Counted from the stretch's first letter, positions 1-14,733 are shown. The stretch: 64,000 nucleotides of DNA from Octopus vulgaris (GCA_951406725.2 OX597821.1:38068001-38132000), one strand, 5' to 3'. Translations and numbers: made by a program. Notes: generated by a model not told the origin, from the letters alone.

Positions 1-90
1 GTGTGGCACATCGGTCACCTGTATAAGTAATGTCGATTTGATGGATCATCTCTGCTGTTGTTCAGCAAAGAGTTGTAGAATACCTCATAC

Positions 91-91
<1 letters not shown>

Positions 92-168
<77 letters not shown>

Positions 169-589
169 ATATGTATGTATATATGTATGTATATATATAT
201 GTATATATATATGTATATGTATATATATGTATATATATATGTATATATATATATATGTATATGTATATATATGTATATATATATGTATATATATATGTAT
301 ATGTATATATATATGTATATATATATGTATATATATATGTATATATATGTATATATATATGTATATGTATATATATGTATATGTATATGTATATATATGT
401 ATATATATATATATATGTATATATATATGTATATATATATGTATATGTATATATATGTATATATATAAATGTATATATATATGTATATGTATATATATGT
501 GTATATATATGTATATATATATGTATATATATATGTATATATATGTATATATATATGTATATGTATATATATGTATATGTGTATATATG

Positions 590-620
<31 letters not shown>

Positions 621-753
621 GTATATGTATATATATATATGTATATGTATATATATGTATATATATATATGTATATGTATATATATGTATATATATATAT
701 GTATATGTATATATATGTATATATATATATGTATATGTATATATATGTATATG

Positions 754-842
<89 letters not shown>

Positions 843-885
843 ACATATATGTATACACACACACATACATGTATGTATATACACA
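92..885. repeat. (CT)n followed by a long (TA)n/(TATG) compound microsatellite
   Basis: Direct inspection. Confidence 0.97.
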
Positions 886-1450
886 GCTTGAAAGTACGTT
901 TCTGTCAGAACATGCGTCATCAGCATAAAAGCTATCTGATCCTGACATCAGAAAATGTCTGAGACATATACATAGAGTTAGAAACTTTTCTGCTCTGAGA
1001 TAATTTACAGTATTTAAGGAATAAGTTCTCGGAGAAATAACTCAGTGTATCTAGTGTCATAAATATGGACGATAAAGACGAATATCGTTATACCAAATAC
1101 AAGATATATTCTTGATTCATCGCAATTATTTTTGTTGTTACAAAGAAAACGAAACAAATGCCTAGTGGCTACAGTAAAGAAGTGAAAGTAATTTCAACAT
1201 CATCAAAGCGTTTAGAAATAGACAGTTTGACTATAAGGAGATTATGATTATAAGGAGATAAAACGATAGCAATGGCTACTTGTGTCTGCCTTAGTTGGAG
1301 TTGTGAGCACAGCTTTTGTCCTACCTTGATTTCTGCAAATGTTAGATCTCGACATGTACAAAATGAGTGTGTAATATGATGAGAGGCAGAGAGAGAGATA
1401 GAGAGAGAGATAGAGAGATAGAGAGAGAGAGAGACAGACAGATGGAGAAT

Positions 1451-1483
<33 letters not shown>

Positions 1484-1892
1484 AGAGATGTGCATTCACT
1501 GGACTCTCCTCTAAAATTTTAAATATATAAGTAATTATGATCGGTGAAAATTACTGAAACAGCATCAACATGCACATAAGTAGATTTAATCAATTTTGCC
1601 TGCAATCTATTATTACATGCAGGTCAGTATTTTAACACATAAAAGGATGTATAGAATAAAAAATAATAAAGAGATAGTATTGACTGAACAGAATCATCGC
1701 AAACTGGGACGATTTCTCAGCTGTAATTCTAAAGATTTGAAAAGGAATTGGTAATGGGAATCCGTTGATATATCTAGGTGCTCCGTAAAATGTACACACA
1801 CTTTCTATATATGGGTGAGGTATCATGAGATTTCTTTAAAAAAGGAAATAATAAATAGAAACTATTTATAAATCTTTAAGAGAGAAATTGTT

Positions 1893-2121
1893 ATGAGATC
1901 CACTGTTTGAGCATGGCTGTATTTTGTCTGATTCCTGGGTTGGAAGTTCTACACACTTCAGTTCCTTGAATGCATGACATTTATTAAAGAAAGCACGAGA
2001 CATGCACAAATGCATGATCATGTAGGCACTTGAAAAGATTCTAATTTTGAATGAGATTTAATATCTACCTCCTGTAGTTACTCATATTTCTGCCAATTTA
2101 AATATTACTCCTAAATGCATG
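1893..2121 (+). repeat. Diverged dispersed duplicate, copy 1 (partner 9392-9622)
   Basis: Collinear blocks gtattttgtctga, aagttctacacacttca, tgaatgcatg, tttattaaagaaa, ctgtagtt, taaatgcatg. Confidence 0.8.
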
Positions 2122-2283
2122 TGTAGATATGTATATAGATGATATTTCATATCAAGAAACGGATGCTTGAAACGTATATGATTGTTTGTACATGCATAAT
2201 GTACACTTATACACATGTATAATTATGTATCTATATATTTGCACATCTTCGTGTGTGTGCGTGTATGTATGTATGTATGTATC

Positions 2284-2325
<42 letters not shown>

Positions 2326-2471
2326 CATATGTATTGATGATTAAGTGTGTAACAAAAAGCACCAGCACGCTAAAAATCGCACCCTTAATTATTAATAATT
2401 TTTTACCTTATGGTATTATTTACTTATGCTATGCCGCTTGATATTATTGTAAACAATAATATCTTTATATA

Positions 2472-2523
<52 letters not shown>

Positions 2524-3483
2524 CATACAAATATACACGCACACACATACACACGCGCAACCACACACACATAAATACATACATACAGTGAAGACTGTTT
2601 ATCATAACCGTGGAATGAATTGTTTATAGCTAATAAAATTAGAGCGTCCTAAGATGTTATTTCTCTAATCGTCAGTCAGTTTTTTTCATCACCCGGGTAT
2701 CATACTCAAAATCAGTTTCCACTGTATGTATATATATATATATATGTGTGTGTGTATGTGCGTATGAGTCTAGGCGTTTATGCATACATACGCACATATG
2801 TATGTAGGTATTTATATATATATATATGTTTATGAGTGACCGTCCTTATGTATGTGAGTATTAATAGGGTTAGAGCAAGATACTGACACATGTCGTGTAT
2901 GCTCAATGTTTCTTTCTTTTCTCTTCTTCTGATCAATATAACGTAGCAATTTATGATATTTGAAAATTGTGTTTGACATATTTTATTCAAATATTATATC
3001 AAAACGTATATCTCTATATATGTTAATAATCCTTTTCTTTCAGTTATCCATAGCACCAATTGTTCAGTTTTAAGTTATATGAATATATAGTAATTCTCTG
3101 AAAGTTTTGATGTTCCTTTTGCCATCATTTTCCTTTCTATTTACTTGTTTTCTTTGTAGAAATATTTCTTTACGTCTGTGTTATATCTTAAATCATAGCA
3201 AGTACACAACTTTCTAAACTTTATCATCATCTCATTCTCCTAGCAGGTGTTTACTATTCCGGTAGAAGTTTTCTTGTGTTCCATAATTATAGCTACAAGT
3301 TATCTTAACATATTGTTTGTGTGTATGAGCATGCATGTATGTAAGTTTTACCTGTGTTACATTGAAGGTTTGATTGAGTTCGAGTCTGATCGTTTTTATT
3401 TAAAATTGAACAATGGAGTTATACAGTTACTCCTCTTGTAAGTGCACATACGTACATACATATATATGTATACATATTTGTAA

Positions 3484-3545
<62 letters not shown>

Positions 3546-3571
3546 ATACATACACATATATATATATAATG

Positions 3572-3683
3572 TGAATTAGAGATAAAACCACTATTATGCA
3601 ACTCAAACAGTGATAGACATAAACCAATACCTAAATAATAAACAGTGTTTGAGTTGCATAATAGTGGTTTTATCTCTAATTCA
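3572..3683. repeat. Perfect 38-bp inverted repeat with 36-bp spacer (foldback)
   Basis: 3572-3609 TGAATTAGAGATAAAACCACTATTATGCAACTCAAACA is the exact reverse complement of 3646-3683. Confidence 0.92.
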
Positions 3684-4168
3684 TATTTTATATATTTATA
3701 CTGTGAAATTTGATTTAATACTAAACTGAATTTTTCCCTGTAAGTTTGGAGTTATGCTCCCTAATATTATATATATATATATATAGGAATGACTGACTTT
3801 TTTAATATATATAAACATTATATAATTATCTTTATACAAATGTGTGTGTATATGTATACACACATGCAAATACTTGAAAATACATCTTTTTTTTACTATA
3901 TATATGTGTGTGTGTACATTTAAAAAAATACTTTTGATATTATTAAAAATACGATTAACACCTCATTACTAATCCTAAAACGCTTAAAGGTCGAAACAGA
4001 ATTAACGAATATTGTGCCCGGTTTATATTTACCCTTAAATAAACATAATTTATTTTTTAAAAAAAACCCCACTTAAATCGCTTTTATAACATCACGTACT
4101 TGTAGTTATTTTCCACTTTTTTTTTGCATTCTAAGGTGTATTACTATATTTCCGAAACACCGTGTTAC

Positions 4169-4231
<63 letters not shown>

Positions 4232-4651
4232 TTAACATTTAAATCTGGTTAGCTGTGGTGTCTCTGATACGAAATTCCAAAGGAATTTAACTCTATGTAA
4301 CAATTACTGTACGCGCTTTAGTAATGTAGTATATTTTAAATGTTTGATGTTTCTCATGCCTGAGATTTCTATCCAATGCTTCTCATATTTAAGAATATTT
4401 ATTTTCATGGTGTAACATAAACAGTAAGTTGTTGTTAATGCTGTTGTCCTATATGAATAATTCCTTGAGAAAAGAAACGTTTCGTTGTCATTTTAGTAAT
4501 TCATTGTTCTGGATGTTACAGATAATATTTTGAAAGGACAGCTCTATATAATCATTTAAAAGTATAACTACGATAATTAATAAATCCATATAATAAAGTA
4601 TAACTACTATAATTATTGAAATTACAAATTCACACACACACACTTATATAT

Positions 4652-4684
<33 letters not shown>

Positions 4685-4843
4685 CTTTAAAACATTCCGC
4701 TTTTACACATTTATCATGGCAACCTTGAATATTAATGTTGAATACTTAATTATCGCCCATCCCTGGACGATAATTAAGTATTACAAAACACACAGTTATA
4801 CATACACACGCATACATAAATACGTACTTATACAGACAGACAG

Positions 4844-4877
<34 letters not shown>

Positions 4878-5544
4878 CAATCCATTAATCCTATAACAAT
4901 CCATTAGAATACATTTCGAATCATCTATCAAAACTGTTTTAAGAAATTCTTGTAAATACAACCTTAAACTAATTTCTTAGCTTCAATTCGTCACTTCTTC
5001 TCTTCGAAATATACTATCATACGTTCGACAAATAGTTTTCTTTTTATTTACTTTGAAATCGGAGAGAGGGGCTTTTCATGGTCTCCGAGACTTAGTAGGC
5101 GTCAAGGAAAGAGACATTCTGACATTGGAGTTCTTGCTTCAAGCAACGTAACTGATTGGCTTCCACTATCTGTACCCAATTTTGAATATATTTCGATTGT
5201 GCATATTCGTCTGCGTTTAGGTAGCGTACTAAACTATACACTCTTTACTCTGAAATTGGTTCGAAATTATGAGAAAATATACTTTCCGTTGGACCATCCA
5301 ATGCCTATGTAAAAGAAGACATTTTGTTTTCATTCTAAATGGCGCCATAATACTATTCCAGAGCTGCAAGGATAATCAACAGCGGTTGTCAAAAATGTTT
5401 ACATAAACTCTCTTAATATAATTATTGATAATGGCGATCACACATGAATATTATCCAATGTAAATATCGAATATACTTATAACCAATATATCATATACAT
5501 GCTTGTGTGTGTGTGTATGTATGTATGTATGTATGTATGTATGT

Positions 5545-5610
5545 CATTGTTCAGTTTTATTTTAAGGTCTCGTGCCAATAGAGGAAGAGCCGGTTTCTAA
5601 CCTAGATCCA
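5545..5610 (-). mobile_element. Short 3' terminal fragment of the same element as 45265-45330
   Basis: Shares ttcagttt..gccaataga..cggtttctaacctagatc with 45265-45330 and is flanked by (TATG)n. Confidence 0.55.
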
Positions 5611-5705
5611 ATATGTACGTATGTATGTATGTATATTTGTGTATGTCCACTATACATAAACGTATATAATATATATATAGATTCCATTGTGAATAGAATG
5701 TTAAC

Positions 5706-6128
5706 AGGCGCAGGAGTAGCTGTGTGGTAAGTAGCTTGCTAACCAACCACATGGTTCCAGGTTCAGTCCCACTGCATGGCATCTTGGGCAAGTGTCTTCC
5801 ACTATAGCCCCGGGCCGACCAGTGCCTTGTGAGTGGATTTGGTAGACGGGAACTGAAAGAAGCCTGTTGTATATATGTATATATATATATATATATGTAT
5901 GTGTTTGTGTGTCTGTGTTTGTTCCCCTAGCATTGCTTGACAACCGATGCTGGTGTGTTTACGTCCCCGTCACTTAGCGGTTCGGCAAAAAGAGACCGAT
6001 AGAATAAGTACTGGGCTTACAAAAAGAATAAGTCCCGGGGTCGAGTTGCTCGACTAAAGGCGGTGCTCCAGCATGGCCGCAGTCAAATGACTGAAACAAG
6101 TAAAAGAGTAAAAAAGAGTAAAGAGTAA
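5706..6128 (+). mobile_element. tRNA-derived SINE family A (Octopus-type), full length
   Basis: tRNA-like head with A box (tagctgtgtggtaag) and B box (ggttcagtccc), internal TA/TG microsatellite, and 3' (AAGAGTAA)n tail. Near-identical to 39093-39520. Confidence 0.88.
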
Positions 6129-6414
6129 TGTAAGATTCGAAGGCATGTGGATGGACAAATTCTCTTACTTACCAAGTTATTTCGGACAGATGTTGAGAAT
6201 AATTCTGTGCGAGTCAAGTATCATATTTACGTGACATAATTTCCCAAAGGTCAGAATTAAAATGATTGGCGTAAATTAACAATGAAGCATATGTCAAAAT
6301 AATAAGTTTCCTGTTTCTTCTCGGAATATATGGAACTTTTGTTCTTTACCCTTAATCTTTATATTCACAAGAACACATACACGCACATATACAAACAAGT
6401 AAGCACACACACAG

Positions 6415-6474
<60 letters not shown>

Positions 6475-6737
6475 ATCCGTTACGACTAAAATACATTCCA
6501 ATTACAATGTTCTCATTATAAACGATTGTATTGGAAATGTTTATGACAGCATTAATAATTTAATATTGAGAAGACTCTTCAACACAAGCAATTAATAAAC
6601 GTTCTTATTAACTCCTCGTAATATGCACAGACTGTTATTTTAAGAGTGATAATGTAATTGTTATCTGTGTCTCCTGACTACATGCGGAGATGTCATTTAT
6701 GTGAATGACCACCGTTATAATGTTGATGATCACTGTT

Positions 6738-6779
<42 letters not shown>

Positions 6780-8223
6780 AAATGGGACAAGAACGCAAAA
6801 CATCCAGATAGACGATAAAAATAACACGGACGGGTCATTCGAAGCCTTTAATCTTCAATCAAGAACCGGATCATCCTCGCGATTTCGGCTGATTAATCTT
6901 GAGATTGCTCCAATCTGGCCAGCCCCAAGGAAGAACTAAGCTAAGAGCATTAGATTCCTTGGAAAAAATCTTCGAATGTATACGAAACAAGGACGGAAAA
7001 ACGGACGACGTTACGCGAATATAAATACAAAAATAAACCAAAAAAACAATAATAATGATAATAATAATATATAATAATAATAATAATAATGATAATATAT
7101 ATACATACATACACATGTATACGTATACATATATGAGTATACGTACATGTGTGTGTAATATATCATAAACACAACATGCAGATTATTGCATTTGCATGCC
7201 ATGCAGTGGGTGTTCCTTCTGCATTTAGATGCAGATCCACAGCACTTTCTGAGGGGAACACCTTATTGCATTATATCAACACAGAACGCATGCTGAAGAC
7301 CTGTTGTCAACCTCCATCCAAATACACTATAAACGCCCATTGCTGAAGATACAATTGGCCACGATGGTGAGACGTGCGCAGGGATATAAACTGATATAAA
7401 CTTCATGTATCTTCATACATTTTCTTATATTTGTTCTGTATATCAGAGCCAGTAAGTAGTATTACTAAGTACTGTAGTAACCCTAGCACTTTTCTGGAAA
7501 ATGATGGTATGGTGATAGTCAACATGGATCACTAAATTCACTAGAAGCAGTCTTATATCTAACTGTGCACTTAGGAATTACTGAATGCACACACAAACAC
7601 ACACTCACACAAATTTGATAATTTAATTGAATTTACCTTCTCATCATGCAAAATTTTCTAGTGTTCTATTTCCTCCTTAGAGACTTACAGATTTATGGCA
7701 AGCAAGATTTTATTTAGTAAACCGTGTAAATTAAATTTAAAATATTTGTTCCATATAATTTCTAGGACAAGATACACGGCATTTAGTGTTCGACTATTAA
7801 CATATGTGTTTCCTATTAAAATGTGTAGGTTCCACCTTGTGTTCCTACCCAATATCTCATTCCCCATCCTACGTTGCGGGAGAAATTGATTCCTGGATAA
7901 AGAATCAAGAAATAATAAATATACGGAGATCTTCATGTATTCATATTATAATTACAGCATTGGATGGTTTAGAATTTATTTAATTTAATGAAGGATGAGT
8001 GAAATATTGCCCATTTTCAATTGTTTAGTAGCGTAAAAAAAAATATGAGAATTTAATTAAATGTCGAAGGTCTGCATATAATTTAGAATTTAATATACGA
8101 AACACTACACTACATCAAATATATTTATTAGGAGATACATCGACATATTTATTTCTTTATTGCCCACAGGGGGCTAAACATAGAGGGAACAAACAAGGAC
8201 AAAGGGGATTATATACATGTATG

Positions 8224-8275
<52 letters not shown>

Positions 8276-8679
8276 CATACATACACACACATATAGCTAT
8301 ATTAAATCTCTGAGCGAAAGGTAAACCGTAACAGTACGGAATCATAAAATATATTTGCCAACTAAATTTGGCGGTCCCATAGAGGGCGATGCTACTGTTG
8401 TTTTTAGCCCCAGGAAGATACCTCCTCCAGCTGGTTAACGACACACTGTCTGTATCCGATTAGTCTTTGCTAGGGGAGGTCATTACTTCCATCTTTAGCC
8501 TTACGTAATACACATAGACTCGGGTTTTTGGGTAGTTAATCGTCTTCAGTGTGTGGTAATCCATGCAATGAATCTCACACACTGCTCACGTGTTTCGGAG
8601 ATGTGCATGTACGTATACTGGTTTGGTCTTAACGACTTATTCAAGTGGTTGAATAAACTATTAAACGTACAACCTACAT

Positions 8680-8845
8680 ATACAAAAAGGGCTTCCTTAC
8701 AGCTTCCATCTAAAAGAATTTGTTTACGAGATATATATCAATCAGTGACAATAGAAAAATTCACCCAAAGAACCACATTGTGCAGATGAACCAGCAATCG
8801 CGTTGCTGTAAATCGAACCTATTAAACGCACAACCATACCTGTGA
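8680..8845 (-). mobile_element. SINE family A head, heavily diverged
   Basis: Reverse complement reads cacaggtatggttgtgcgtttaataggttcgattt..., collinear with the family A head. Confidence 0.5.
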
Positions 8846-8876
8846 TATATACATATACACACGCACATATATGGAA

Positions 8877-8941
<65 letters not shown>

Positions 8942-9391
8942 CGTGTGTGTGTGTATGCGTGTATGTGTGTGTATGCGTGTGTATTGTACACTGGGAACGC
9001 ACATGCTCATGCACACAAGCAGATATTTTCCTCTTCTACAAATATGTACTAAATGAAACGAATAGAGAATATTTAATATAATTGAAACATTTTCACTCTG
9101 AACAAGAAAGTGTGAGAAATATTCGCTAAAATTTCCTATTAGCTACGAAGCTGTAGTCTCATCAGATTTAAGTATATCAATTCAGCGTAATGCAATGTGA
9201 AGTATTGACTGAAAAATAGGACGAATTCTCACCTGTTTCTCCGTGGTACTTAATGCGTATATGAAATGATGTGTACAAATATAAGTACATCTGTACATAC
9301 ATGTACAATCAGATGCGCTGCCATTTCAAGATTCCTCTAATAGAAAATTAAAGAGAGAAATACTAAAAACAAAATTTTCGTAAAATGCAAA

Positions 9392-9622
9392 TTGAGACCA
9401 ATTATATGAACACGGCAGTATTTTGTCTGAATTAATGGTTGCAAGTTCTACACACTTCACTTCCGTGAATGCATGCCGTTTATTAAAGAAAAACACGAGG
9501 CATGGCCAAATTCATGATTATATAGGTACTTTAGAATATACTTTAATACGTACCGTACCATCTGCCTGCTGTAGTTGCATATATTAGTGTGAATTCTCAT
9601 AGATATTTACGCGTAAATGCAT
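9392..9622 (+). repeat. Diverged dispersed duplicate, copy 2 (partner 1893-2121)
   Basis: Same collinear blocks as copy 1. Confidence 0.8.
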
Positions 9623-9743
9623 GAACACAAATTACTGCAGACGTGCAGTATCATCAAATATGATTATAAAGACACACATGTATGTTCATATGATATATAT
9701 TTTACGCCCACACCTACACACGAACCCACACCCACACACACAC

Positions 9744-9790
<47 letters not shown>

Positions 9791-10732
9791 AGCACGTTTA
9801 TACATGTTCTTTACTAAAGTTAGCAGAATCCAGGCATTAATGATTGTGTTATTCTTGCTAGCGATGTAGTTAATAGATGAAGTAATTAAAAATGTGAATT
9901 TACTTAGAATTTTTCATTTAAATACGCCTTTAAAAATAAATTTATATATACTCGGTCTACCTATATCATCCATTCGGCTTTCAGCTGCACTATCTCTTCA
10001 GTTTTGGCTATGTGTATATTCATATAATAACTATTATGTTAATAGGCATATTTTCATAATGGGTTAATGGGTTTGCCGTTTCTGTTACTTTCCTCATTTT
10101 TGGAATATAGTTCTTTTCTTTCCCTATATATATATATAGTTGACATCATAATTTTCGAGGGAACGTGAAATGCTTTTTTTTTTTATATATATAGAAAATT
10201 GGGTTCCGAAGCACATCACTCACAAAGATAGTAATAATAGAATGTGTCTATTGCGATTTGGCTTAGTGGAAATTACTTTCTCAAAGTGCCGGGATCTGGG
10301 GCTGAGTTGCCTGTCCTTGACAGTTGTTTTAACACTCGGTAGTTTGAGAGCTTTATTTCCACCGCGCATTCGCGCAGCCTAACGGCAAATACAGAGTCTT
10401 CTGCCTTGAGTTGGCAGTGTTTATTACACTAGTGCTAATTCCATTTCATATTTGAATTTATTCTTATGTATACATTGTGCTGACATACCAGCACATAGTC
10501 ATATAAGTCGTAGACTGGTGGTCTATTCCTCTACGATTCGGTTCAGCTAAGTGAATTGGGTCTGGGTGAGCTGTGTCGCCTGTCTGTGACCTTTCATATG
10601 TTTTAGCATCCGGCATTTTGAGATACTAATCTGCACCACACCAAATTGCAGCCGACAGGCAAATACACCGAGTATATACTCGATTGAATCGATTATATTC
10701 CTTACATTAGCGCTGCTTCTATTTCGTGTTTC

Positions 10733-10770
<38 letters not shown>

Positions 10771-11742
10771 TTGGTTCACATCCCCCTTCTCCTTAAACGT
10801 TAAAACTAGGTAAAAGATTCCTGTGTGTCGTAGATAAGCACTTCCCAGAAAATCACTAATACAGATTTTTCTTTAATAGACGCTCTTTTGAATGATAATA
10901 TATCTGCTGCCCCAGTAGGAAGAACAATTGTCATAAACACCACCAAGATCCCACTCCCAGTTGTAACTGTCGAGACGCTGGAGCCTGCTCACTTGTCTAA
11001 CGGTGCATGATAACCTCTGTCATATATGAGGTAGAAGTCACAGTAATACGACATGATAATCTAACCGAAAAGCAGAATTGTGTGAATGCGACTTCAAAAG
11101 ATGCTTTGCTAAACACCGATCTTCTTTCCGGCTCATAAGCAAAAGTGAGGCTACTAAGTTGGCTAGTCACGGATGGGGCTTGGAAACCAATCAAGTGGAA
11201 AATCGTAGAAAAATCTATGCTACATGTTAATGGATAAAACAAAATCTAAGTTATGCGTAACTAAATAATCGCATATCATATTTAGGTCGAAGAACTCCAT
11301 TGCACTGCTGAATTCCACATTAGAAAATTTCAGCAATTGCAAAGATATGGACAAGTTGTCTTTGGAGAACAACATCCTCTCGGAACTGAGCTGCAATATT
11401 GCAAACATTAGAACCCTTCGATTGGTTCTACATAAACTAGTTTTATGGTTTTACGGCTTTACGATCAAAGGGAACATAACTTTCTCTTTTCCTTTCTTTT
11501 CTGCCTTTTTTTTTTACCCTTCCAATATTTGCATCCGCCTTCCTCTCGTTTTTTTCTCGTGATTTCTCTTCGTCTTTTGTCCTGATTTGTAACTTGCATA
11601 GGCCACGTGCTCAGAACCTTGGAATTGCTTGGAGGCACAAGGCGTGTTATTAAAACCTACCTAGATAACATCCCCAATATATGTAACTATTGCTCATATT
11701 TATATACTGTTTACATTAACACACACACACACACAGACACAG

Positions 11743-11827
<85 letters not shown>

Positions 11828-12052
11828 TTTGTTTGTGTGTGTGTACAATCAAGCGAAGAATGCAGGGACAAATATCGTTTATTGTTGTTTGAGTGACATG
11901 AAGGCAATAAGTCATTTAAAAAGTTGGGAACATGAATCTCAGCCAAAATTATTATGTTACATGTGTTTCTCCGAGGCTGTATAACTTTTTCTTGTAAAAC
12001 ATCCAGCAAAGCTGCCATCCTTCCTTTACATACCAGTCTAACACCATACACA

Positions 12053-12141
<89 letters not shown>

Positions 12142-12154
12142 ATATATATATATT

Positions 12155-12300
12155 TAGAGAAAAACAAAAGACGAAGATAGGCGTGTGAACAGTAAGCAAG
12201 TGTATTAGTTTGACGCTCGGGAAAAATGGAAAAGTCTTTAATGTTTCGAGCCTATGCTCTTCAACAGAAAGGAATAAGAGAAAATAAACAGAGAGGCATG
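12155..12300 (-). mobile_element. Short (TA)-anchored element with hammerhead-like motif, copy 1
   Basis: Reverse-complement homolog of 55455-55635. Confidence 0.65.
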
Positions 12301-14245
12301 AAAAAAACTTGTAGATTCCAACGCTCCAATGTGCGTGTGTGTTTGTGTTTTTGTTTGTGAGTGTGTTTGTGCACACGTATGTATCCTTATGAGTGTATGC
12401 ATTTAGAAGCAAATTAATCATATAAAATGTTAGACTGAGAGTTTACATCTTAAGTTCTTTTTCTGTGCCATCATTTTGTTGCAAAAGATCAAGTATTCTA
12501 AGTTATATATAAACAGGTTCTGACACATCTACACATATTCTTGAGAGAGACCAGGCAGGCAGATGAAAATGCATTTGTTTATTTATCAAATATTTTTTGT
12601 GTGCTAGTTTCTGTTATGATATTAAAGTTATATGTTTATTCCTTAAACATTTAACTCGGAGAATCGTCTATCAAAGAATTTATAGTGGATCATTAAACGT
12701 GTTTTTTTTAAAATTCACCTTGGATTATCTAAATTCATTGTGGTTAGTGCTTAGTTCATGTGTTTAGTGTGTTTAGTCCCCTTCTGGAGTGTATTGAAAC
12801 TAAAAGATGAAAAAGTGCTAATAATTGAATGTATTAAACAGTTGTACTTTCTTAACTTTGAATGGTAACTGCATAAAACTAATATTTTCTGAGTATTCTA
12901 CGTACCACTCAGCATTATTTCTGCTCGTATTGTTATAATAAGTAATTGGTTCTTTTTCAAATTCACAAATGGAATATACACATATATAGTTAGTATAATA
13001 TAAATACTATTTTTGGTGTTTATCACCGTCTTGAAGCCTTCTATTTAATGATCCGATCTTTCAATATCTATCTGCTTGTGCGTGTGCATAGAACGCAAGA
13101 GTGACAAGCTGTCATACAGATAAACAAAAGTGCAGGTCATGCACACATGCATGCACTTACACAAGAAGCAACATATATGAAAACTAAAAATTTCAAAGTA
13201 CATTGTATAATAGAAATAATCATACATCTTTTCCCCACGGTTCCAACTCTAATTTAGCACCCTGAGGTTGACTAAATGTTTTAGCTACTTGTAAAATTAA
13301 AAGGTCATTAAATTAAGTGTTTTTACATGATTTCAGAAGCAATGCATTTGTTACAGATCGCTTCCATAATGGTAACCTTGTCATTATTAAAAATTGAAAA
13401 TGTAAACACGTTCGGAATAAGAAACGTAAGAAATTCACTTTGTCGTTGATGGTAGTTACACTGTATCAATGAAGGCCTATATTTGTTCATAAATTAGGTT
13501 TTTTATTCGTTGTTCACTTGTATTGCTACACTGTTAAATTGCTTAAATATTATATAGGCCAAGTTTGTGTCCGTCTATCTCGGAAAAAATATTCTTCTCT
13601 ATGGCTGACAGTGTAGCATCCCTATTAACAGTAGACATCAGAGTTTGGTCGGTTACGGTTACCGTAGGTTTTGTTATGGAGTCTTGCGCTTGCCATCGAC
13701 GAACCTAATATTTTGGACTCATTAGGTTACTTTGATTGCGAATGATCTTCGTAGAAGAGAGAGTGAAGAGGCAGAGATTAACGGAAACAATTGGAGAAGT
13801 AGAACGTTCGCGGAATAGTTCGCTAGAGAAGTACAACAAAATATGGGTGAGGTACAAGGGAAGTCGGGTAGTCCTGTGACATTACATGGGTTTGAGACCA
13901 TTTTGTGACATCACTTTCACTATTGTGTGTGAATAGAACTTGGAACGGATTAGCAGATATAAAAGTTGGAGCGAATGCTGTGTCAAATTCGATATCATGG
14001 TTGCAGCAAAGGAATTAATTAGCAGTTGGAATATGATATTTGGTGCGCGTAGAAGTTCAGGTAGAAGTAGGAGTTGATGCAAGATGGCAGTGGAGATGGA
14101 GAGTTTAGTATGGTCGATGGAGAAAGTTCACATGCATATCGGGCAAACATGATGTAAATTGAATGAAGGAGTGGGAAGAGGTGTCTTTCGTATAAAGTAT
14201 ATTACACAAGATTCGCCCGTTTGTAAATACGAATTCTACACACAC

Positions 14246-14304
<59 letters not shown>

Positions 14305-14733
14305 CATACACTCACATACACACACATTCATGTATATGTATGCAAATGTATTTATGGGTGTCTATTCGTAATGTAGGTTAATAGTTGCAGTTTTAGTAAT
14401 CGTTAGATGGGAAATACTGATAATACACCTGTTATCGATGTACAAAATGTTATATATATAGGTGTGTGTAAATATATATATATATATCAGTCTGCTTCTC
14501 TCTCTCATCTCCACTATAAACGAACAAATAGACAATAAGTTAGATAAAAAGATAAACGCATAGATTGGCTAATAGATATAAAGATAGATAATTGATGTTT
14601 ATTGTTTAACAAAACGGTCAGATGTTATGACGCTTGTCTCCTCGGGGAAAACGAGATGTGAAAATATGGTCATATAGGTATAAGTGTATACACACATGCA
14701 CATCTATATATACACGCATACTAACATACATAG

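Noticed and set aside
15-962. Long ORFs of YI/IY/VC/HT repeats (also at 20.9-21.4, 28.2-29.0, 58.4-59.0 and 60.8-61.7 kb)
   Set aside because: They are translations of stop-free TA/CA/TG microsatellites in all frames, not genes.
9480-9520. HEFGHA (HExxH metalloprotease-like) on the minus strand
   Set aside because: The frame is short and closed by stops, the motif is not kept in the duplicate copy, and there is no downstream GLxH.
13560-14020. Very old CR1/L2 3' fragment (NRTWNGL motif)
   Set aside because: Only one weak motif is recognisable, which is too degraded to support as a feature.
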